NCBI GenBank assembly: GCA_000934665.2
Contig: KZ538883.1
Span: forward strand, 1-42,580
Direction of reading: 5' to 3'
Source: Catajapyx aquilonaris
Lineage: Eukaryota
Length of the DNA: 42,580 nucleotides
The position numbers and the translations under genes were made by a program. The notes under the pieces are model-generated. The model made no database searches. It was not told the DNA's origin and saw only the letters and a program-made list of their open reading frames with translations. Positions 34,602 to 42,580 of this stretch are shown here, piece after piece; the first letter of the stretch is position 1, and each line of letters begins with the position of its first letter.

Positions 34602-34879
34602 TGCAGACATTGTGTAAGTTGCAAGACCTAAGAAGTCATCATCAGTCATCTTGGTGCTGTCCCATGAGCAAACCACAAATGAGAGGCTGACTTGTGTGAA
34701 GTCAGACACAAGAAACTCAGCAGTTGATTCCCATTTAGGAGAGCTCGTGCTACAGAGGTAGTGGGTGGTCTTCACTTTAGTCCTATTGTTGAAGAGGATG
34801 CAGTATGGGTTGGGCAAAAAGTGCTGCTCTGATGGGGACACGTTGGCTGAGTGAATGCAGACAAACATTACGCCTGCCA
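34602..34879 (-). CDS. SMP-C2 protein exon 5 (second C2 domain)
   Basis: tttatccag| VAGVMFVCIHSA...PNPYC...SPKWESTAEFLV...DDFLG; donor |GTGAGT. Confidence 0.9.
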
Positions 34880-34942
34880 CTGGATAAATAGAAATTGATG
34901 GTTATGAAAACTTAAAATAGCATGATTTAATCGCTATGATAC

Positions 34943-35094
34943 CTTGCTTCTCTGCTCCGTCAGCCATGAAGGTTACAGGCATGGGTTGGTCCACATGGAC
35001 TGGGTTCAGAGTAGTGTATTCCATCTTGAGTGCAATTGGAGGAATGGCGCCACACCCCATTTTTACACCTTTCTTTTGAAGGACCATTTCTGCC
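34943..35094 (-). CDS. SMP-C2 protein exon 4
   Basis: ttcatcag| MAEMVLQKK...ALKMEYTTL...EKQ; donor G|GTATCA; phases fit both neighbours. Confidence 0.82.
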
Positions 35095-35420
35095 CTGATG
35101 AAACAGTTCAGTTAATAACACTGCTGGATTTTTAAAACAGCTTATATGTATCAGTTACTAAATGTTGCCACTTGGGAGGGAAATGTGGCAATGGACATGT
35201 ACATATATTATTAATAGTTATGGTAAGTCTTTTTTTTTTGTAAAAATGCCCATGATGTACAGAGATTGTTGGCTTAATGATACATTCTTATGAAAATAAA
35301 AGATTTAATACTTTATCCCAATTCATTTTCAGTTTTGAGGGTAATACTGCTGATGGCAATGATGTTGATAAACAACAGGTGGACACCCACACGCATGTCA
35401 GACTATAACAGAACACTCAC

Positions 35421-35768
35421 ATCTTTTCTGCTGCCAGGTTCAGAGTTGCCAGAGGAAGCTCAAATTGGGTAGCAGTGACTGCACTTAGAAATCTCTTGCT
35501 CTTGACTTTGACCAACAACATGTCATCCTGCAGTGACCCCACTAGGAAGGACCTACATTCTTGCCACTGACCTCTCAAGGTTGAAGTCACCTGTCTCTGG
35601 CTTCCCATCTGTACTACAAGCCACCGCACATCATCAGGATTAGGCCCAGCATTTACCCTGAGGCTCACTGTGAGCACTCCCTGAGCTTGAAGATCACTTG
35701 CTTTTCTCTCCGGGACTAGACATACCGGAGCCAGGTTGATATCCAAGTGGCCCGGATCAACAAGTGAA
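35421..35768 (-). CDS. SMP-C2 protein exon 3 (end of SMP, first C2-like domain)
   Basis: caccag| phase-2 join NSLVDPGHLDINL...QGVLTVSL; donor AT|GTGAGT. Confidence 0.88.
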
Positions 35769-35837
35769 CTGGTGAGACACACATGTTTATGTACATAACG
35801 ACATTAGATTTAAATTCACAGATGTTAAAAGACTTAC

Positions 35838-36148
35838 TTAGTGATAGTCTCCAGCACCAGGGAGTGCAACCAGGTTTTCAGCACAGGTACCTCCATCATC
35901 TGCACTGCCTTCAATATTCCTATCCCAAACCATACCTCAGGACGCTCCACAAAGGTGAGTGTGAGGCGAGCCACGTGTGGAAATGGTGCATCCATATTTA
36001 AATCCAGCGTCACATACACTCTCCCACTGATGTGCAGCTTCTCCATCACCACATCAAGGTCCACTCCCAAACTGCGTCCCCCAAGTCGTGCCCGAAGAAC
36101 TGCGCGAAAGTCCTCACAGTGAATGGCTACGTCTGCCTCCAAAGCTAC
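35838..36148 (-). CDS. SMP-C2 protein exon 2 (SMP domain)
   Basis: caacag|VALEADV...FPHVARLTLTFVERPEVWF...MEVPVLKTWLHSLV; donor AA|GTAAGT, phase 2. Confidence 0.9.
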
Positions 36149-36215
36149 CTGTTGAAAGGTTAATTGGTTAATAACACTTATGTAATTGTTTGACTTGCAC
36201 TAAGTAAAAGGTTAA

Positions 36216-36374
36216 GGGGTCTACACACATGAATTTTTAGCATTAGTTTTAGTCTCCGCAGTCTTACAGTTCTTCCAATTGACACAGGCCACTCTGGGAC
36301 AATGGATGGAAAGGCCTGGCAGGTTCTTAAGACTCAGACTACACTACTGCTAAAACTACCTGTATGTAGTCCCC
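36216..36374. mobile_element. PIF/Harbinger-like small MITE
   Basis: TAA|GGGGTCTACA...TGTAGTCCCC|TTT with imperfect long arms. Confidence 0.55.
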
Positions 36375-37259
36375 TTTATGTGACGAAGTTGCAGCATTAT
36401 GTTTACAAATAAATGTAGTGAAATCATGTAATGTACTCTATTACAAAGGAACAAAAAGTGTGGTAAGAGTTATTTTGATTTTCACCAATGTAAAAGAAGG
36501 AAGTGCTTCAAACTAGGAATGTAGCAGTTCATTGGAGGCTGTTTCCAGAGTGTTCCAGAGCTTATTATTAAGCAGTTAATTGTGAACCAATACAAAGGGA
36601 TTGATTGTCTACAATATTAATTGCTACTATACGGTTGAGCAGTAGCATCCTTGTTGACAACTACAGGGTGAGGAGGGGTGAGGTTCGGACGTGGAAATAA
36701 AAAAGATTGAAAGCTTTGACTAGTTGGCCACTGATTCCAAATGTGGATCATTTCCATTGTCTTAAACTTGGAAAATTGATTCAAGGATTGAATAGTATGC
36801 TTCCATTATTAAACTCCTAATTATTATAGCTAATGTTAGAAATTTTAGGTACACACCAATAGCATGCCTGAAATCTTACATAGTGATTCTTAATATCTAT
36901 GGAATAACTTAGTGATATGTTTATGGTTATATTTGCAAAACTCTGTGGGTTGGCAAAATCCCGTAGAACCACCCTATTAATGCACATCTCATCCAAGAGG
37001 GTTTCCTACAGCTAGAAGCACCTAGATTTCAAAAGGGATAGCATGTCTAATATTGTGGAAATTGCAAATTTGAAGGTGCATTGTACACACAGCTTTAAGA
37101 CTAGTTTGGGATATTAAGGAAAGCAATTCATATCACAAATTAGTTAAGTAAATACCATGGGAGCTCAAAGTGTCACTTCCAGGTGTCTGTTCATATAATG
37201 GTGGGCAGGGTAGACGTATCATGTATAGTACTTGACCATGGACCTCATAGCTTACAAAT

Positions 37260-37507
37260 GAAGGGTGAGGTGGAAAAAGGTGATAACCCTAATTTTTGTC
37301 ATTTTTGACCTAAACGCCTAGCAACTATGTAAAAGACATGACAAACAGTTTGGGATACTCCAAGTTCACATTTCATGCATGATACGGCCACACAGACTAG
37401 ATCAAAACCCACATTCCCTATGATTTGTTAAAAGAATGCAAACTTTAATTCGCTCTCCTGAAAAATTACACTGTTGCGGGTTGTCACCTTTTTCCACAAC
37501 ACCCCTC
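37260..37507. mobile_element. Sola2-like MITE
   Basis: ~30-bp TIR GA(A/G)GGGTG..GTGGAAAAAGGTGA(T/C)AACCC; flanks AAAT/TAAT. Confidence 0.7.
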
Positions 37508-37941
37508 TAATCTAAGTCATACTCTCTCCTCCTGACATTCTTCTTCCCCCAAATAGGCCTCCCTGCTGCACAGTGAGTAAATATATAAACACTTATCATC
37601 CACGGAAAGGTTAGAATTTTATTCATGAACTGCTTTAGAGAGTAGGGGGAGAAGGTTCTCATTGAGGAAATAAGAAGGGGAAGATTGGGGAAAGAAGGGG
37701 AAGTTAACCGTAATGATGAGTAAGAGCAGGTATGTGCAGATGCTGACCTAATTGTCATGATTGAAAAACTATTGCAGAAATTCTACAAGATGAACCTTTT
37801 AAATATTAGTAATATGTATGTCTTGAACTTTGCAAAAATTGTGGCACACCTTTATATTTTCCTCCATATCTTCACACATTATTTTGTTCATTGTGACCTA
37901 CTGATGCAAGTACCCAATAGAGCATGAGAGAAGAGCTGTAC

Positions 37942-38445
37942 CTGGTGATGAACCCCATGTGACAGGCCGGCAGCCATGGCTGCTGCTGCAGCTGCTGCTG
38001 CAGCTCCAGCAGGTGCAGAGGTTGGAGCTGGTGTGATGTCAAATGACTTGACTCCCTTGATAACTGGTGTCTGGTCACCTAGGGTGAACTGCCTGAGCTC
38101 AAGGCTCTCCAAAAAGGCAGGTTTGACTGTGTTAAGCATGGGCTCAAAAGTGTTCTTGACCCATTGGAATATTCCAGGAGAGCTGAAGATCCACCAACGA
38201 TTGAGCAGAAAATTGAGCCACTCAGCAGTCTCCTCCTGCCTCAAGGCCCTCCTGCGGCGAACCCTCAGGGTCTCGAAGGCTACAGCATTGGCCACCAGTC
38301 GAGATAGGCTGCCCTTCCACACTGTACCCACCAGAGCCAGTAATAGGAGGAGCCATGCCAGAGAGGAACCTGCTGCCCCTAGGAGCCAGCTGGCCACCAC
38401 ACTTGCCCCTACCACGCCCAGGGTACAAGTTAACTGAGTGTCATG
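37942..38445 (-). CDS. SMP-C2 (extended synaptotagmin/tricalbin-like) protein, first visible exon: hydrophobic anchor and SMP start
   Basis: Acceptor tttcag|; hydrophobic GVVGASVVASWLLG...LAWLLLLLALV; SMP signature EETAEWLNFLLNRWW...LESLELRQFTLGDQTPVIKGV; donor CAG|GTAC, phase 0; upstream start exon not identified. Confidence 0.88.
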
Positions 38446-38686
38446 CTGAAAGAGAATATTAAATATTAATGGTGTCAACATTACATCACATGTAACTACC
38501 ATTCACAGCACAATTTCTATACATTGGGAGTTTCCAATCTACGTACGTATCATCGACTTTATCGTATTATCCATATCAATAAAAATTCAGACTGATGATT
38601 CATGTGCGCTCCTAGTTAAGAGTTCTGCACATATAGGTTTTCACCATACTTGTCACCCACTGAATCGACATAAATCAAGCTAGTAA

Positions 38687-39011
38687 TCATAATAATTGGG
38701 TGTAGTGCCGTACCCCCACTGGGGTTTTGACACGGACCTTTATTGCCAAGGTGTACATGAATTTGGACAACGACGAGCCCTGGTCCGAGGGCAGGGTGAC
38801 TGGGAGGGGATGTGCAATGTAATGTCAGCACTATGGTCATTTTGTGAGCTCCCCGGGTGGTTCGTCTATCGGAAATCCCACCCTAGACGAAGCCGGAGAT
38901 GACCCCGAACTCCGCACGAGATGAAAGAGGAGAATGCCCGGGCCTGGTATCGAACCCGGGACCCTTCCATCCGTGGGCGCATACGTTACCGCAGCGCCAC
39001 TTCGCCTTCCC
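38687..39011 (-). mobile_element. tRNA-derived SINE, same family
   Basis: Same head and body; 15-bp TSD AAATCAAGCTAGTAA at 38672-38686 and 39012-39026; short ATT tail. Confidence 0.9.
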
Positions 39012-39150
39012 AAATCAAGCTAGTAAAATTCAATTTCGACAAATATGAGTTGCTTTCTGCAACATGCTGCACTAATGCCCATTTATCTATGGTAAGCAAC
39101 TTATTTGATTCTCACTAGGAATGGTCACAAATGGGAACTGTAGTAGTGTT

Positions 39151-40391
39151 GTGGGAGACTGGGGTACAGTGGTCCACTTTTGAACATTTGAATTTTTATA
39201 AGAGCTCCTGTCATACCTACACACCCAATATTTTCCGGCAAGGTGGAGGCCCTTGTTGGTAATACATGTCAGTAATATATTCACAGGCATATTTGGCTTT
39301 AAAATATTTTAGAAGCTGCCCTATGTAGATGCGGACCACTGTACCCCAATACCCAGGGCACAGTGGTCCAGAAGTGATTGGGATCCCAAATTCACAATAT
39401 TTTTTTAAATTGCACATATAACGCCACTCTAAATAAGCAGGAAATAATCAAAAGGGACTTCCGTAACTGCAACCTGCGGACACAAGTGAAACAGCATCTC
39501 TCTCCAGAAAATAGACCTTGTCCTGCCACATCCTATGGCGCATGAACTTTATTTCATACTAGTCTCTATCAAAACCATGGTCTTATAATACTAAGGTCTA
39601 GTCACTACCTCTTATCGCCTGCCAGGGCATTTTGCATGAGGCGCTGCTCACTGGAGAGCGCCATGAGACCGCCTTTCACTGCTACAATATGTAGCGACCA
39701 TACCGGACTGCGCTGAACTTAGGTAGAAGGGACGCTGCTACATGTGGGCCCAACAGGGGCGCCGGCGACCATGTTGGGTCCCCCAATGTAGCGCTTCCCT
39801 GTTGTATCTATAAAGTTCAGCGAGGTCCGGTAGGGTCGGCACATAATGTAGCAATGAAAGGCTGTCTCATGGCGCTCTCAAGTGAGCACCTCATGCAAAA
39901 CGCCCCGTCAGGCGATAAGATAAGATTATAGGGGTAGTGTCCGGGGGTTGATCAAAACCATTCGCATATAAACCTACAATGACATTAATATTGCTGTACA
40001 GAGTCAAAGAGGAGGTCGTCCACAAAGAGGTGCACCCTGGTCCATGGACCCAGAGGGCAGCAACTGACATGATGATATGAATGGTAGCTTCCATTGCAAA
40101 TGAAGCTTTCCAAATTCCCACCATTTATGGACAAAGGATGGCACTATTCAAGAACATTTTTACATCATGGTCATGCCCAGCATCTACGCCTGGCATTTGT
40201 GGGTTAGAAGTAACTTCACAACCCTTCAAATAGATTTCCCCTGATACAGCAGGATAGCAGGCATCTCACAGGTGGCTGTCATGTTGGCATGATGCACAAT
40301 AGTGACTTGTTTCATGAGGTACCAGATAAAGATATTATTCTGGTTTCTTATATTTTTTAAATGGAAAGGACCACTGTGCCCTGGTCTCCCC
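39151..40391. mobile_element. Decayed TIR element (probably pogo-related) with nested foldback
   Basis: GGGAGACTGGGGTACAGTGGTCC...GGACCACTGTGCCCTGGTCTCCCC; the terminal motif recurs as an inverted pair at 39333-39369. Confidence 0.75.
39603..39939. mobile_element. GC-rich foldback MITE with CACTA...TAGTG ends
   Basis: ~155-bp imperfect arms (TCTTATCGCCTG...GAGAGCGCCATGAGAC...CCCAACA and reverse complement); superfamily uncertain, no short TSD. Confidence 0.8.
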
Positions 40392-42021
40392 TATACTGTA
40401 TATTGTACGAGTACATAAACTTTCTGTTTTATATGTAACTTATAAGTTATACCATGTCTTTCAGAAATAGTACTGTAATCTCACATCAGTGTCAGTAAAA
40501 CTTTCATGGACACTAATTGTGGCAGTGGGTTACATACACTTGATGCCATGCTCAAGCTGAGTTCACAGGGGCAAGTGACGGCGGAATATCCACTGATACA
40601 AAAGTGTGAGCTGGCTCATTTCAACACAATATAGGCAATAATTGTGTAAATGGTGGCTCAACTGACTCAGATGGGTTTTTAAAAATCATGTGGGAAAATA
40701 GAAAAAATATACTGTATTATTGGAAGCAGAGTTGGTGTCACAATACCATAATAATGCAATCACATGAATTGGATCAAGACAGTCATGACAATTGACGAAT
40801 ATAATGGTTGTAATGGTATTGATCTATTTGAGATTGTATCGAAATTTTGTCACTTTTCTGTAATACTATTTGACTGATGATGTGATGTTCATATTACACA
40901 AATATCAACCTATACAAAAGATATGTCTACTATATTTACGGCACTTTACTGGTACTTGATTATTATTATTAGATTACAACCATTATGTCCACCATGCCTC
41001 GCCATTTCATTTGATATGCGTCATTATGGTGTTGTAAAAATAACTACATACAATCAATTTTCAGCCCAATTGATGCCAAAAGAGACAGATAACAACAGCC
41101 ATTTCACAGTGGGACTTTCTCATAGGCGGCTATGTTTGTGTTTCTGGCAACAACTCATGTGTGTGTACTGCACAAACATTATTTCTGACATGGATGACCT
41201 ATCACCTTTTCCTAATTTGACTTCTGACACAATGGCAGAGAGATGGGTGATGTCGTGCATGAAAAAATTAAGTGAAAAAAAATCCAGTTCCTTGCACAAC
41301 TTTTCGTCAAACATTTAAGTACGGTACCCTTCATGTGCCGGATGTAGATTTTAAAAGCACCATTAAACTGCTTAATGACACATAGCAGCACCAATTGCCG
41401 TATGCTAAGTATAATATCTTAATACTACATCTATGAGTCACTTTTTGCCAAGCTGGCAGAAAATGCTTGAGTAACGCACTGCATAGGGCTCATGAACTTG
41501 GGTAACTGCACTGCAAACATCCCACAATATACAGATAAGCCTTCCTAATCATATTTCCAACATTCCACAAAAATTGCTAATAAGCTTATTTGAACATAAA
41601 CTTTGAGTAAAGGCACACAGTATCCAAGCAGTTATTCATCATGTAGGCATTGAAATCCGGTGTACCAGATATAACAATTGATTTTTTCTGTACGTTTCTC
41701 CTGGAAGATTCTCATGTTTCAGTTATATGTGGCAAAGTGGTTTAGGTAACCCCATACCACCTTTGAAGTCCCGAATTCAATCCGATTTGGTCAGCAGAAG
41801 GTTTTCTCGTGTGCTGAGAAAAGTTTTGATTGATTTTCTTGGTGGGGTTTTCCCGTTTCCCCATACTGTGAAATTTACAGAGGTTATGATGAAAAATGTC
41901 GGGTATTTTGCTAAGAGAAAACAGGCCACGGGGTATCAAATTATAATTTATTATTAAAGACATATTCCAATTAGAGGATCCCTTTACTTCAATGGAGATA
42001 GATTAATATAGCGAATCCTAA

Positions 42022-42349
42022 GGGGAGGCGGAGTGGTGCTGCGGTAACGTATGCGCCCACGGATGTTAAGGTCCCGGGTTCGATCCCAACCCGGGGACAC
42101 CCCCTTCATCTCGTGCAGAGTTCATGAGTCGTCTCTGACTTCGTCTCGGGTGGAATTTCCTTAGACTAATCCACCCGGGGAGCTCACAAAACGACCACAT
42201 TTCAGACAAGGCACTGCACTTGCACATCCCCTACTGTCATCCTGCCTGTGGGCCCGGGCGCTTCAATAATAGGATTCCCAAAGTTGTACCAATGTTAAAA
42301 TAAAGGTCTGGCTGAAAACCCCTAGGCCTAGGGGTACGCCTATCACCCA

Positions 42350-42395
<46 letters not shown>

Positions 42396-42411
42396 GTATT
42401 AGTATTATTAT
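42022..42411 (+). mobile_element. Full-length tRNA-derived SINE with (TTA)n tail
   Basis: A box TGGTGCTGCGG, B box GGTTCGATCCC; (TTA)n tail ~42349-42411; 20-bp TSD TAGATTAATATAGCGAATCC at 41999-42018 and 42412-42431. Confidence 0.92.
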
Positions 42412-42523
42412 TAGATTAATATAGCGAATCCCAATGTACAAAATAATTACTCTAGGTGACAAATTCCATTGGTCAGTCTACACTCAGGTGATGTAACTTA
42501 CTATAGAGTGTGTTCCAATAAGT

Positions 42524-42580
42524 CTGTGGTTCCCAACCTTTTCCGGGTCGCGACCCCCTTTTATGATAGTCAAGTAACCT
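42524..42580 (+). mobile_element. Left end of a hAT/Charlie-like MITE, truncated by window edge
   Basis: CTGTGGTTCCCAACCTTTTCCGGGTCGCGACCCC resembles Charlie-type CAGTGGTTCCCAACCTT termini. Confidence 0.65.

Noticed and set aside
30122..38437. + strand ORFs antisense to SMP-C2 exons (e.g. 30122-30505, 37976-38437), likewise 13611-14075 antisense to ZNF106
   Set aside because: Shadow ORFs of real coding exons, with no independent splice or domain support
41120..41314. First coding exon of the SMP-C2 gene, or a hAT transposase relic
   Set aside because: Its best donor is phase 1 while the 38445 acceptor needs phase 0; transposase resemblance is too weak
42022..42095. tRNA gene (also at the other three SINE heads)
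   Set aside because: A/B boxes are present but there is no clean cloverleaf, and it is joined to a body, tail and TSD, so it is a SINE

Overview
Eukaryotic (invertebrate animal, probably arthropod) nuclear DNA with two convergent intron-containing genes, both rebuilt by hand with phase-consistent GT-AG junctions. (1) + strand, 12103-19748, 6 coding exons, ~938 aa: a ZNF106/Zfp106-like protein with a long low-complexity region and a C-terminal WD40 region, but none of the C2H2 fingers of vertebrate ZNF106. (2) - strand, 38445-27009, 10 coding exons, ~1161 aa, 5' end not found: a hydrophobic anchor + SMP + four C2-type domain protein of the extended-synaptotagmin/tricalbin type. A CpG-rich region at ~11.1-11.7 kb looks like a bidirectional promoter and may drive a divergent spliced, probably non-coding, transcript leftwards. 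Introns and intergenic DNA hold a dense, often nested set of non-autonomous DNA transposons and foldback MITEs (termini/TSDs of Tc1/mariner, pogo/Tigger, hAT, piggyBac, Kolobok, Sola2, Harbinger and Academ type), four copies of a tRNA-headed SINE with a common body but different 3' tails, microsatellites, and a pair of loop-less perfect palindromes. No intact transposase, rRNA, genuine tRNA or CRISPR array was seen. Family names rest on recalled motifs and termini, not on database searches. I found no convincing wholly new biological system. The best leads are the tail-swapping SINE, the twin palindromes, the finger-less ZNF106 with its odd leader, the non-canonical SMP-C2 gene and the divergent transcript.
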